A stretch of DNA of 64,000 nucleotides from Octopus vulgaris. Its lineage: Eukaryota. Below, in pieces: positions 1-14,625 of this stretch (position 1 is its first letter; every line of letters begins with the position of its first letter). Made by a program: the position numbers and the translations under genes. The notes beneath the pieces were generated by a model, which saw only the letters and a list, made by a program, of their open reading frames with translations, ran no database searches and was not told where the DNA came from. The DNA lies in assembly GCA_951406725.2 (NCBI GenBank), contig OX597828.1:44454001-44518000 (forward strand). Reading direction: 5' to 3'.

Positions 1-590
1 CAATTTTTTTTTTTTTATCGACGGAATTAGGATAATACAAAATAGCATTCTGCAAATCTTACTTAATGTAGATATAAGCCCCAAAACTGCGATGTTCACC
101 TTGAGAAAATATCTCATATGAATGTATTGTGCCAAAAGTCAAAGACGTATATCAGTAGCAGACGAAAAGCGTTCCTTCTCGAAAATAAGAATACCGTAGT
201 TCTCTGGCTTTCTATCGTATATCCACGTTAAATATGATACACAGAATGCGATTTTTAACTAATACAGCTTAATGAATTTCAACCCAGTTTGCTGTTTGTG
301 ACACCAGTGATTTGTTAATCACTGATTCTCTATATCAGTAGAAGTTAAATTTGTCAAAGTATGCGGTTGATAGTAGATACTTGCTGCCGATAACGCTCAG
401 AGAAACAGAAATCTAGACTTAGCAATTCCATTGCCGCTGCTAGACACTTTTAGCACTATACGTCTATATGAGAAGCTTTCTTGATATGGATACCTGTGTT
501 CTGGCCTTCTGCAGTATATTCACGTTAAGTAAGGTATATAGAAAGTAAAATATACAGACACCACGTGAGCCAAGGTAGTTCTATTTTAGA

Positions 591-974
591 AGCGGCTGTG
601 CGGTAAGAAGCTTGCTTCCGAACCATGTGATCCCGAGTTCAGTCCCAATGCGTAGCACCTTGGGAAAGTATCTTCTGCTATAGGCTTGAGGGAGACCAAA
701 GCCTTATGAATAGATTTATTAGACGGAAACTGCAAGAGGCCACTCGTATGCCTGTGTGTGCGTGTCTGTATTTGTCCCCCACCACCAGTTTGACAATCGA
801 TATTGATGTGTTTACGTCCCTGAAAATTAGCGGTTCGGCAAAAGAGAGTGATAGAATAAGTACTAGGCTTAAACAGAAGAAAATGTATACAGGGGTCGGT
901 TCATTTTCATTCGACTAAAAATCCTTCGCGGCAGTGCCTCAGCAAGGCTGCAGTCTTATGAAACAAGTAAAAGG
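591..974 (+). mobile_element. SINE family A (tRNA head + CORE-like domain), diverged full-length copy
   Basis: Head ggctgtgcggtaagaagcttgc...gagttcagtccc, CORE-like gcaccttggg, tail gaaacaagtaaaag; matches more than 10 other copies in the window. Confidence 0.85.
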
Positions 975-1760
975 TAACGTTCTTTTATAGCAATAAATCG
1001 CGTATGCTCTGAATACACATTATCTGAAAGGAATACTTTTTCTCCCTGAGCAAAGTTCACCAGCGATTAGCAGATTCATGTTCGAATCTGTCGCAGTGTA
1101 TTACGAACGATTATGAACGCCAGTGTTTTGATTTTTAATGTTCTCCGGCATAGTTGTTGTTGTTGTTGCAGTTGTTGTCACTATTGCTGCTGCTGCTGCT
1201 GCTGCTGCTATGGTTTCGACATGTCTAACTCCAGTTTGATTCATTACGTTTGCTTAATCTTTGTAACATTACTTTATTTTTAAGAACAGAAGATTGATTC
1301 CACAGAAGTCAAGTGGTTGACGTCGTGACTTTGTAAGTGTGGTATGCGTAGATGGGTGGCAGTGTGTGTCTGTGTGTGCATGCGCGCGCACGTGTATGTG
1401 CGTGATAGATTGTATATTATTATGCATGATGTGTATTTGTTTTTTGTACATATATATATATATATATATTTACATGTACGTATATACGTATATGTATATA
1501 TGTATACAGATATAGATAGATAGATAGATAAATATTTATATTCATATATGCATGCACACATATATACATGTGTATATTTGTATGTATGTATACACACATA
1601 CACACACATATATATATATATATGCGTATCCGTATATGTATATATTGATATATATAAATATATATCATACATATATATTGATATTTATGTATAATATATA
1701 TATATATATATATATCAATATATACACATACACATGTATTTATGCGTATATGTGCGTATG

Positions 1761-1817
<57 letters not shown>

Positions 1818-1844
1818 ATCCATATACAATTATATACATGTATA

Positions 1845-2110
1845 GGTGCAAGAGTACCTGTGTGGAAAGTAGCTTGCGTCCCAACCAGATGGTTCCGTGT
1901 TCAGTTTTACTGCGTGGCACCTTGGGCAGGTATCTTCTACTATAGCCTCGGGCCGACCAAAGCTTTGTGAGAGGATTTGGTAGACGGAAACTGAAAGAAG
2001 CCCGTCGAATATATGTATATATACGTATGTATGTATATGTCTGTGTGTCTGTTTGTCCCCCCAACATCGCTTGACAACTGATGCTGGTGCGTTTACGTCC
2101 CCGTAACTTA
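1845..2110 (+). mobile_element. SINE family A, 3'-truncated copy
   Basis: Same head and body as 21751-22184; stops at ccgtaactta. A separate 3' half lies at about 2760-2955. Confidence 0.85.
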
Positions 2111-2133
2111 TATATATGCAGGAGTTGGTCAAT

Positions 2134-2492
2134 GGGACCTCCTGGAAAATTACGATGACTTTCTGGATACTTACGATGATTGGGACTTTTTGGAAAGTTC
2201 CGAGGATAGAACTTCTTGGAAATTTTCGCGAATTTCCTGGAAAATTTCGAGGATTGAGTCTTCCTGGAAATCTCCGAGGATTTCCTGAAAATATCCGAGG
2301 TTAGGGACTTCCTAGAAAGTTCCGAGCATGGGCCTTCCTAGAAAGTTCCGATGATTTCCTGGAAAGTTCCAAGGGTATAACTTCCTGGATGTTTCCGAGC
2401 ATTTTCTGGAAATTTCCGGTGTAGGGACTTCCTGGAAACTTTCGAGGATTTGGGAACTTCTTGCAAAGTTCCGAGCATGGGACTTCCTGGAA
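2134..2492 (+). repeat. Degenerate ~20-27 bp minisatellite, unit like GGGACTTCCTGGAAAGTTCCGAGGAT
   Basis: About 15 recognisable ttcctggaaa..ccgag units. Confidence 0.85.
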
Positions 2493-3220
2493 TTTATATT
2501 ATATTATATTAAATAATTTTTTCACTGGCCCACATATGAAAAATACCTTTTAAGGTGAAAATTATAAATACAATTATAAACAAGGGAAAATAATTTTTTC
2601 TTTGCCACTATGCTAAACAATAGGCTTTAAATTGTTTAGCCACATAAAATATTTTCACTTATATTATTACACCACGTGTTTTCAGTATACTGTCAAAGAA
2701 TTTTTTTCTTTTTGCCCTTATTTATAATTATATATACACACACACATGTATGTATGTATTTGTGTGTCTGTGTGTTTGTCCCCCTCACCATCGCATGACA
2801 ACCGATACTGGTGTGTTTACGCCTCCGTAACTTAGTGGTTCGGGAAAGAGAACGATAGAATAAATAATAGGCTTACAAAGAATAAGTCTTGAGTTCAATT
2901 TGTTTGACTAAAAGCTGTACTCCAGCATGGCCACAGTCAAATGAGTGAAACTAGTTTAAAACAAGAATATATATATGGTGTAACCACGACATTCTGTTCA
3001 TGTGGTAGGATTGCTTTCTTTATTTGCATTGATTTGTGAATATAGAATTGTACTGTACAACGCATAGCTTGCATATTAATGCAATCTATGTAAACATTTT
3101 TATTCCACAATGAAACTATTACTACATGAAGAAGTCTGTGAAACAGCTGTAACCCTAAGAGTATCAAGTGAGTAAATAAATATATTCATCTCTCATACTT
3201 TCATACTTTTTAATGATTTG

Positions 3221-3290
<70 letters not shown>

Positions 3291-3291
<1 letters not shown>

Positions 3292-3645
3292 TATATAAAA
3301 TCCGTTCTGTCTGTCTGTGAGTGTATCTTCTGGGATCCCGAGCATCCTACATCCGATTGCGCTGAAATTTGATATGTAGATACCGACGGTATCAGGGCGT
3401 GTATAAGTCTTGAAACAATTACAAAAATCGATTCCAAGTGAGAATGCGATCGATAAAGAGAATAAAATTGAAATAGAAAAAAGTCGTTATTTCTTCTTTT
3501 GCTGGTTGTCTCAAATTTAGGTTAAATCATTGTTTCTCAAAAGAGAGTGGCCTATGGGACGGTCGGACAAGTTGTTTTGAGAAAATTTGGTTTAAATGTT
3601 TGACAACTCAGCACCATCGATTGGACGGCGGGGGGCCTTTTGCTC

Positions 3646-3646
<1 letters not shown>
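3291..3646 (+). mobile_element. Non-autonomous Helitron-like element
   Basis: 5' tataaaa..(tctg)n, internal ccgattgcgctgaaatttg, GC-rich 3' end finishing CTCG|T (variant of CTAG|T), between (TA)n tracts. Confidence 0.55.
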
Positions 3647-3684
<38 letters not shown>

Positions 3685-4268
3685 CAGAGAGAGAGAGAGA
3701 GAGAGAGAATGTGTGAGAGAGGCACACGCACGTTTACTTCGCTAGTTCTGTTTTGTACAGTATATTTTGGATACACAATGTCTTTGTGCAAGGAATTTCT
3801 CTTTTATAGATACTGCTTTTTAATCTCTAATTTATTGGTTGTAAGCGAATTCTATTTTCTTAATATTCGATGTTATCATAATAAGCACGTCTGGGCGTAT
3901 TAAGTATATGACAGCAGTATTTCGTTCCCCGGTGCTTGTCTATTTATTCCAGGCAGTGTGTACGTTTTTAATGCTTCTGACACCGTCTGTCGAATGGCAC
4001 CGCCCAAGTGCCGAAACCATAGTGATATTCATTATGCAGCTGATGATGGGAATATATGTTTGATATGGGTGTTGGTGAATCTTTTATACGTTGGGTTCAC
4101 TTCATTCTGAATTTTCCTTCAATCCGAAATGGTTGAACAAAGTTTTTCGGTGTTCATGGTCTATTGTGATTACATTTATCGATATTGGTTGATTGACTTA
4201 ATAGATAATCTTATTAAGCAAGAATAATGAATAATAATTAATGGTTTCTAGTTTTTGGGATGTTCAGT

Positions 4269-4332
<64 letters not shown>

Positions 4333-4401
4333 CATATATATATATATATGTGTATTCATATATATATATATATACATTTATAAATAGATATCTATTTATA
4401 A

Positions 4402-4474
<73 letters not shown>

Positions 4475-4503
4475 TTTATAAATAGATATCTATATATGTA
4501 TGC

Positions 4504-4534
<31 letters not shown>

Positions 4535-5599
4535 TACACGCACACGCATATATAGCCTTTCTTTTCACCAGCTTCAACATTATTCATGTTGACTGTCGCC
4601 ATTCTCTATACCATCATCACCATCATCTTCGTCATCACCACCAGTACTACAACCACCATTATCATCATCACCCTCATCACCATCACCACTACAAACACCA
4701 CCACCACCACCACTACCACCACCAATAACACCAGTAGTAGCACCAGCAATAATCAACAACATGCCCAGTTTTTTTGGTGGGTTTTTTAATTTTTTTTATT
4801 CTCTTTGTTAATATGAAGTCTTCACAGCCACCAACTTGCAACCTGTGACAAACACAGATTCACTTTAATACATTTTCATTGATTCTTCGTCGTATTTTTT
4901 TTTTCCTTTTAATGAGCATTATTTCACGAGAAAATGGCCGCCAACGCAATAAATGAAGAAATAAATAAACAAAATAGCAAGTGGCGGGAATGGCGGTGAT
5001 GGTGATTGTTGTCGTATATGGAGGGAGAGTTAGAGTTCAATAAAACCGCTCTGTTTTAGATGGTCTTTTTACACCGTCTTCCCCCCCCCCCCCAATCGCC
5101 TCCCTATTTGTTCAGTTTGCTAGTTTTATTGGTATATGTTGTCTTTTTTATTTTTTGTTTAGGTTTTTTTAGTATTTGCTTCTTTTCGTTGTTATTTTGT
5201 AACATTTATTGTCATTAATACCAACCGTTACCGCTAAAAATCACTACCGCCGCCACTACTGCCGCCACTACCACCACCACCTACTCAATTGCCACCCATA
5301 CCACAACTACCAATACCCACACACAATCAACACTGGCTGCTATCACCAATAGCGCGCAACCATCAAAAGGACACAACCGCTAGCACCACCATGATCCATC
5401 ACAACCACCACCGACATCGCTATCAGGAATAACATGACCACCACTACCACCACCACCAGCAACAACAACAACAACACTAATACCATTGAGATTGTTATCA
5501 CTAACACCTCTACTTCAACCCACACAGTCAACAACATCCCTACCACCAATACCATCACCGTCAACAGAATTACTTCTGGCACCACAACCAATCGACACC

Positions 5600-7060
5600 A
5601 ACGCTAATATCATCATTGCCCATACTATCACCTACAGCTAAACCACCACCAACACCACTACTACCAACACCACTACCACCAACACCACTACCACCAACAC
5701 CAATATCACCACCAAAACTACTACCACCAACACTACTATCACCAACAGCACTACCACCAACACCACTACCACCATCACCACTACCACAAACACCACTACC
5801 ACCAACACCACTACCATCAACACCAATATCACCACCAACACTACTACCACCAACACCACCACCACCAACACCACTACTACCAACACCACTACCACCATCG
5901 CCACTACAACCAACACCACTACCACCAACACCACTACCATCAACACCAATATCACCACCAACACTACTACCACCAACACCACCACCACCACCAACACCAC
6001 TACTACCAACACCACTACCACCATCGCCACTACTACCAACACCACTACCACCAACACCACTACCATCAACACCAATATCACCACCAACACTACTACCACC
6101 AACACTACTATCACCAACAGCACTACCACCAACACCACTACCACCATCACCACTACCACAAACACCAATATCACCACCAACACTACTACCATCAACACCA
6201 CCACCACCAACACCACTACTACCAACACCACTACCACCAACACCACTACCACCAACACCAATATCACCACCAAAACTACTACCAACACTACTATCACCAA
6301 CAGCACTACCACCAACACCACTACCACCATCAACTCTACCACAAACACCACTACCACCAACACCACTACCATCAACACCAATATCACCACCAACACTACT
6401 ACCACCAACACCACCACCACCAACACCACCACCAACACCACTACCACCACAACCAACACCACTACCACCACCACCACTACCATCAACACCAATATCACCA
6501 CCAAAACTACTACCACCAACACCACTACCACCAACACCAATATCACCACCAAAACTACTACCACCAACACCACCACCACCAACACCACTACTACCACACC
6601 ACTACCACCATCGCCACTACAACCAACACCACTACCACCACCACCACTACCATCAACACCAATATCACCACCAAAACTACTACCACCAACACCACTACCA
6701 TCAACACCAATATCACCACCAACACCACTACTACCAACACCACTACTACCAACACCACTACTACCAACACCACTACTACCAACACCACTACTACCAACAC
6801 CACTACCACCATCACCACTACCACAAACACCACTACCACCAACACCACTACCATCAACACCAATATCACCACCAACACTACTACCACCAACACCACCACC
6901 ACCAACACCACTACTACCAACACCACTACCACCATCGCCGCTACAACCAACACCACTACCACCACCACCACTACCATCAACACCAATATCACCACCAAAA
7001 CTACTACCACCAACACCAATATCACCACCAGCATCACCATTACAATCAGCAGCATCACTA
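5600..7060 (+). repeat. ~1.5 kb degenerate (ACC)n-derived minisatellite with 15-bp unit CCACCAACACCACTA and higher-order blocks
   Basis: Read directly from sequence; produces the PTPLP, His-rich and Val-rich ORFs. Confidence 0.9.
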
Positions 7061-7061
7061 C

Positions 7062-7293
7062 CTATTTCTTTATTACCCACAAGGGGCTAAACACAGAGGG
7101 GACAAACAAGGACAGACATAGGTATTAAGTCGATTAAATCGACCCCAGTGCGTAACTGGTACTTAATTTATCGACCCCGAAAGGATGAAAGGCAAAGTCG
7201 ACCTCGGCGGAATTTGAACTCACAACGTAACGCAGACGAAATACTGCTAAGCATTTCGCCCGGCGTGCTAACGTTTCTGCCAGCTCGCCGCCT
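7062..7293 (-). mobile_element. SINE family B (tRNA head + Nin/Deu-like domain)
   Basis: Reverse strand reads ggcggcgagctggcagaaacg...gagttcaaattccgccgaggtcgactttgcctttcatcctttcggggtcgataaattaagtaccag. Confidence 0.85.
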
Positions 7294-7507
7294 TCAGCAG
7301 CATCACTACCATCAACTCAAACACCAATACAACCAAAATCCCTGCATCCATGATACCATCACTACTACCATCACAACAACCAACGGCATCACTACCGCAA
7401 TCACCACCACCACTATCGTGTATGTATTTATGTATGTAGATGTACGTGCGTACGTATGCACGTATGCATGCACATCTGCATGTATGCCTGTAAATATATA
7501 CATAGAA

Positions 7508-7585
<78 letters not shown>

Positions 7586-7714
7586 GTATATAAGCATGTA
7601 TGTTTATATATATATATATGCATATGTGTATATCAGTATGTGTGTATGAAGAGAGAAAGAGAAAAAGGAAGAGTGATAATTAATTCTTGTCCTCCTCTGC
7701 CTATCTATCTATCC

Positions 7715-7822
<108 letters not shown>

Positions 7823-7918
7823 TATATATGTCTTTCTATCTATCTTTCTTTCTATCTAACATTGTACCATACTGCTCTACTCTTTTAACTCCTACATTTT
7901 TCTACGTGCTCATTCTTT

Positions 7919-7989
<71 letters not shown>

Positions 7990-8141
7990 ATCACCATATA
8001 CATACACGCATACATACACACATACACACACGACGCGCATATACGACATATGCATATACATATACACATATATACGTATATATATATACACAAATACATA
8101 AATATTCATACACATATATACTTGTACATGCATCATACATT

Positions 8142-8215
<74 letters not shown>

Positions 8216-8462
8216 CTCCCTAACTACCTCTCTCTCACTCACTACCAAATTATTGATTGTGTTAAGAAGACTACTTCAAAACCATATCTAATGCTGCCTG
8301 GCATCACCTATTCAAGCAGCTTCTTTCCAATACCCAACTACTTTACGCTAGAGATGTGAATTTAATTTATGAAAATAACTTGACCGCCATCTTAGTTGTA
8401 AATTTTTTACTATTTCTTTTTTATTTGTCTCTATATCATTATGTGAGTTTGAGCACGCGCGC

Positions 8463-8504
<42 letters not shown>

Positions 8505-8635
8505 GTGCATTTCAGTGTGTAAATAAGTATGTGTATGTATGTATGTATGTATGTGCGGCGGTTTTGTTCTTCTGTATATATTTGTGATTAGATATCAGGG
8601 TGTGAGTGATTATTAAAATATATATATAAATATAA

Positions 8636-8680
<45 letters not shown>

Positions 8681-8703
8681 CATACATATATGCATATACA
8701 CAC

Positions 8704-8761
<58 letters not shown>

Positions 8762-8854
8762 GTATGCATATATATATATATGTATATATATATATACATG
8801 CATATATATGTCTGTGTGTATGTATATAATATGTAAATATACACATATATATAC

Positions 8855-8915
<61 letters not shown>

Positions 8916-9285
8916 ACGTATATATAGTTATATTCATATATACATATATATAAATAAACATTATTATACGTATACATACGCACGCACACACACACACATA
9001 TATCACAAATATCACATATAAAAATGTGTGCTTGTGTGTACCTGTGTATATATGTATAAATGTATATATGTGTGTGTGCGTGTTTATGTGTGTTAGTCTG
9101 GGTGTTTGTGTGCGTTATATTTCTATGTTGTTGCTGTTGTTGTTGTTGTTGTTGATTTTTTTTCTCCTCTCCGGTCAACCCATAGCAACATATTCATCCT
9201 GTGATAACATGGCCGTCCCCATATCGTCTGCTCCACTCAAAAACATTCTGCTTTACTTCATTTCGCAATGAATTCATTGTCTAAT

Positions 9286-9563
9286 GTTGCTGCTGCTGCT
9301 GCTGCTGCTGTTGTCAATGATGACGACAGCGATGATAATGGTGGTGGTGGTGGTGGTGGTGGTGGTGGTGGTGGTGGTGGTGGTGGTGGTGGTGGTTTTG
9401 GTGGTGGTGGTGGTGGTGGTGGTGGTGGTGGTGGTGGTGGTGGTGGTGTTGGTGGTGGTTTTGGTGGTGGTGATGGTCGTGGTGGTTTTGGTGGTGTTGG
9501 TGGTGGTTTTGGTGGTGGTGGTGGTATTTGATGATGAGGATGATGATGATGATGATGATGATG
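9286..9563 (+). repeat. (GCT)n, (GGT)n and (GAT)n trinucleotide block
   Basis: Read directly from sequence. Confidence 0.95.
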
Positions 9564-9799
9564 TTATTGTTAACGTTTGTTTGCGGGGTTTTTTTGTTAT
9601 TGTTTTGTATTTCTCTAGATTTATTTCATTGTATATTTTTGTTTGTATCTTTACTTGACTTTCTATTCTACATTAATATACGATTTTTTTTGTTTTTGCT
9701 TTTGCTTTTGTTTTGTTAGTGTTTTGTTTTGACTTTTCGGTTGTTGTTTTTTTTTTCTCTCTCTCTTTTCATTTGCGGTTCGTTGCTATTGCAGTTATC

Positions 9800-10683
9800 G
9801 CTATTACCATCACAACCACCACCACTACCGCCATCATCAACACCACCACCACCACCATCATCATATTCATCACAACCACGACTATTATCATCATCATCAT
9901 CATCATCGTCGTCGTCACCTTCTTGACTTCTTCTTTTTCTCCCACTTCTTCCTCTTCCACTTCTTCCGTTTCTCTTCTTTTACTTCTTGACTTCTTCCTC
10001 TTCCTCTGCCTTCTCTCCTTCGCATCATCATCATCATCATCTTCTCCTTATTTTTCTTCTTCTTTCGTCTTTTTCCTCTACATCATTTCTTTTCGTCTTC
10101 CTCTTCTCCCTTCTCCTTATCCTCATCCTCATCATTATCGTCATTGTCATCATCACCACCGTCATCGTTGCCGTCGTCATAATCACCAAGAGCAACGACA
10201 TCATCATCACTATCAACGTCACCACCAACAACAACCACACCAACTCCTACATCATCATCATCATCATCATCATAATCACTATTACCACCAACATCACCAT
10301 CATGATAACCACTATCATTATCACTACAACCGCAACTGCATCACACCACCACAACCACGAAAGCCATCAGCGTCATCGTCTTTATCATTGCCATTGTCAT
10401 CAATATCCGCCATTATCGTCATCATCATCACCACCACTATCATTATAATCACCATTATCATCGACATCGTCATTGTCATTACCATCACCATCATCGCCAT
10501 CTTCATCCTCATCGTCGTCGTCATCATCTCCATCATCATTATCGTTACCATCGCCATCATCATCACCATCATCATCATCATCATCGTGATCATCATCACC
10601 ATCGGCATCATCATCATTATCGTCACCATCACCATCACCATCATCATCATCATCATCATCATCATCACCATCATCGCCATCGG

Positions 10684-10716
<33 letters not shown>

Positions 10717-10865
10717 TATCATCATCACCATCGGCATCACCATCATTATCATCATCATCATTATCATCTTTATCGTCACCATCGCCATCATCATCATCAT
10801 CATCATCATCACCATCATCGCCATCGACATCATCGTCATCATCATTATCATTATCATCATCCACA
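9800..10865 (+). repeat. Degenerate (ATC)n/(ACC)n/(TTC)n trinucleotide region
   Basis: Read directly from sequence. Confidence 0.9.
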
Positions 10866-11248
10866 ATATCGTGGTGAGTTGAGCCGTCTTTCATTTTATA
10901 AAAGTACGGTAAAGCAATGCTTTAGATTCGTTGATAAATCCAACGTGACAGCCGTTTCAAATAATATTCATTCATCGAGTTACTTCCTCCTTGCAATTAA
11001 CTTATCTAAGCTCTCTATATTACTTGCGCCAATGCTGACTCAACAACGTTGTTTCCGTACGGGTGATGTCTAAAGAGAACTTCCTTCATTTATTAATTAT
11101 CTTAGAATATGTTAAATTTTAAGCCTTAAAGTTTCACAGGAGGGGTTTAATAATGCTGAAATATATAGCGAGTAGTCTCCCGTATTTGCTGAAATCATTA
11201 TATTGATATTCAATTTTTGAAGTAACACACCGAAGCCCATAGAGTGCA

Positions 11249-11622
11249 TGTGTGGTAAGTAGCTTGCTAACCAACCACATGGTTCCGGGTTCAGTCCCAC
11301 TGCGTGGCATCTTGGGCAAGTGTCTTCTGCTATAGCCCCGGGCCAACCAATGCCTTGTGAATGGATTTGGTAGACGGAAACTGAAAGAAGCCTGTCATAT
11401 ATATATATGTGTGTTTGTGTGTCTGTGTTTGCACCCCTAGCATTGCTTGACAACCGATGCTGGTGTGTTTACGTCCCCGTTACTTAGCGGTTCGGCAAAA
11501 GAGACCGATAGAATAAGTACTGGGCTTACAAAGAATAAGTCCCGGGGTCGATTTGCTCGTCTAAAGGCGGTGCTCCAGCATGGCCGCAGTCAAATGACTG
11601 AAACATGTAAAAGAGTAAAAAA
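11249..11622 (+). mobile_element. SINE family A
   Basis: Near full-length match to 21751-22184. Confidence 0.9.
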
Positions 11623-11731
11623 GTATATATATATATATATATTAGTCATAAAATATAGTGTACATTTAAACACATAAGGAATCCACTCGTGGGATTTAAC
11701 ACGTTAGAAAGAACAGCCAGGTTCTATAACC

Positions 11732-12084
11732 ACAAAATTAGGGAAACAATTCAACAGGAACGAAATGAAAAATTAAAAACATTTTACCATCTAGTTTCCT
11801 GGACCAATTGGTTTCTGATTTTAGTTTAGCAAGCAAATAACTTTTACCCACCTGCACAGTAGACTTTGAAAAAATTAGGATGTATAAACAAGGGACACAT
11901 AGTTTGATCGCCTCGTGTTTCTATATTTAATCTAAGGTGTACCTGTTGAAGACGATTTCCCCAAGCGGGTAAAAGTTATTTGCTTGCTAAACTAAAATCA
12001 GAAACCAATTGGTCCAGGAAACTAGATGGTCAAATATTTTTATTTTTTCATTTTGTTCCTGACGAATTTTATCCCTAATTTATG
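11732..12084. mobile_element. MITE / foldback element with ~120-bp terminal inverted repeats
   Basis: accatctagtttcctggaccaattggtttctgattttagtttagcaagcaaataacttttaccc recurs as an exact reverse complement at about 11967-12030. Confidence 0.85.
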
Positions 12085-12769
12085 ATGTTTGTAAAAAGAA
12101 GGAGAAACTTCAGCTCCAATTTATTTTATCTAATAAATCATATTAATTCTTAGTTATGTTTAAAAATTTGCTAACATTCAGCACCCTTTTTCTTATACAG
12201 TTATCTAAAATTAGAATTAAACCTATAAAGTTAAAAATAAGTATTGTTTATAATTTTTTATGTTATCGAAGGTTTCTAGAGGCCTCTGTTTTAAAATAAC
12301 CAAGTTCTGAACCTTTGTATAGAGCAATTTCAATTCAGTAATCTTAAAAATGTATGAATATGCATGTATTCCAATCTCTCTTGCGGAACTACTGAAGATT
12401 GAATCTAGTGTCACCTAGTGATTATAGTCTGAAAAGTCCATAAATCCGAAACTACTTCAACGAGAAAGCTAAAATTCCAGATATACTGTTTCTACATTGC
12501 ATTAAGTCAGCATACAAAGTTTGGTAAAAACTTGAGTAGGCGTTACGAACTCCCCTCAAATTTTGCATTATTTGGGTCAGAAGTGCTGATTAATTTCTAA
12601 AGTTGGGGGTAACATTTTTTAAAAATTAATCAAAACAAATGTTAGATTCCTAATTCTTATAAATTTATTCATCGAATTACTGTATAGGGTTATTAGGTTG
12701 TGCAAAAGTCATAACCTTAACGTATATACGTATGTATATGCGCGTGTATGTATAAATATATCTATACGT

Positions 12770-12814
<45 letters not shown>

Positions 12815-12854
12815 TGTGCATAAATATATATATGTATATGTATATATGTATACG

Positions 12855-12901
<47 letters not shown>

Positions 12902-12912
12902 GTATATGTATG

Positions 12913-12965
<53 letters not shown>

Positions 12966-13269
12966 TTTACAGATGCAATATAGTTAGAATCAACAAAAAA
13001 ATGTAGCCCATTCAGTGAGAGATAAATATCAATTTAATACTAAATTACAATTACGTAAGAGCTGCTGATAGCTTCATACTGTACGTTACTTTAAATGGAG
13101 AGGTTTACAAGCCACGCCTCGAAGATTGCTTGGAGATACATGGCGTGTTTAATAATTCCGCCAATTTGAAATATTGTAAAGCAAGAAACTATAAACAGCT
13201 CTTTTGTAATTGCAACTGTGTATTAAACCTGTACATCATCTCCAAACCTTCCAATATATATATACATAC

Positions 13270-13335
<66 letters not shown>

Positions 13336-13337
<2 letters not shown>

Positions 13338-13587
13338 TTTTTACTTGTTTCAGTCATTTGACTGTGGCCATGCTAGAGCACCGCCTTTAATCGAGCAAAT
13401 CGACCCCGGGACTTATTCTTTTGTAAGCCCAGTACTTATTCTATCGGTCCCTTTTGCCGAACCGCTAAGTTACGGAGACGTAAACACACCAGCATCGGCT
13501 GTCAAGCGATGTTGGGGTGAGAAACACAGACACACAAACATACACACACACACACACACGCACAAACACACACACACACATGCACAT

Positions 13588-13666
<79 letters not shown>

Positions 13667-13833
13667 ACATATATACGATGAGCTTCTTTCAGTTTCCGTC
13701 TACCAAATCCACTCACAAGGCTTTTGTCGGCCCGTGGCTATAGTAGAAGACACTTGCCCAAGGTGCCACGCAGTGGGACTGAATCCGGAACCATGTGGCT
13801 GATAAGCAAGCTATTTACCACACAGCCACTCCT
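13336..13833 (-). mobile_element. SINE family A, full length
   Basis: Reverse complement of the family consensus with an internal (CA)n/(TG)n tract. Confidence 0.9.
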
Positions 13834-14405
13834 ATATTCATTTTTTTTTTCCAAAGACGGATATCGTTAAAATGAATACCAATAGCAAGAGGCAATAATC
13901 AAGAGAAGAAATACCCACCACCATAGTAACCAGAAGAATCCAGTTCCAGTGTTTATTACGGTTCTTCAAAAATGGTGCTGACAATTCTGTTTGTGCGTGA
14001 AACGTAGAGATCAGACTTTCGTGACACGTCATTCTTAATCACATCTTTTATTCTTCGTTCAGTCAATCAAGAAAGACTTCTTTATAAAGCAACATACGTA
14101 AAATTGAGTAAATCGCTGGTAACCATTGATTTGTGACACTATGCATAAACGATTGCTTCCTTTCACTATAGTTTTGGAGCAGTATTCGTTCTTCTGCTGG
14201 TTTGGAAAAGTTATCCAAGCTTAGTGAACAGTAAAGACGGCAGCCATTTGCAGAGATCGTAAACGTATCATATATCAGCTCGTATAGATTGATACTGATA
14301 TTATACGTTATTATATTGTACTATGCTTATAGTATATTCACTATATTGTATCATTTTATCATATACTATACTACATTTTGCTTTAGTTATACATAACTGT
14401 ATTGC

Positions 14406-14445
<40 letters not shown>

Positions 14446-14451
14446 TGAATG

Positions 14452-14485
<34 letters not shown>

Positions 14486-14496
14486 TGTATGTATGT

Positions 14497-14569
<73 letters not shown>

Positions 14570-14594
14570 CAGATAAATAGACATACAGACAGAC

Positions 14595-14625
<31 letters not shown>

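Noticed and set aside
5616-7121. 501-aa Pro/His-rich ORF as a CDS
   Set aside because: Non-ATG start, pure trinucleotide-derived repeat, ends inside a SINE
9268-10894. Poly-Gly, Ile, His, Asp and Met ORFs
   Set aside because: Trinucleotide microsatellites that are open in several frames
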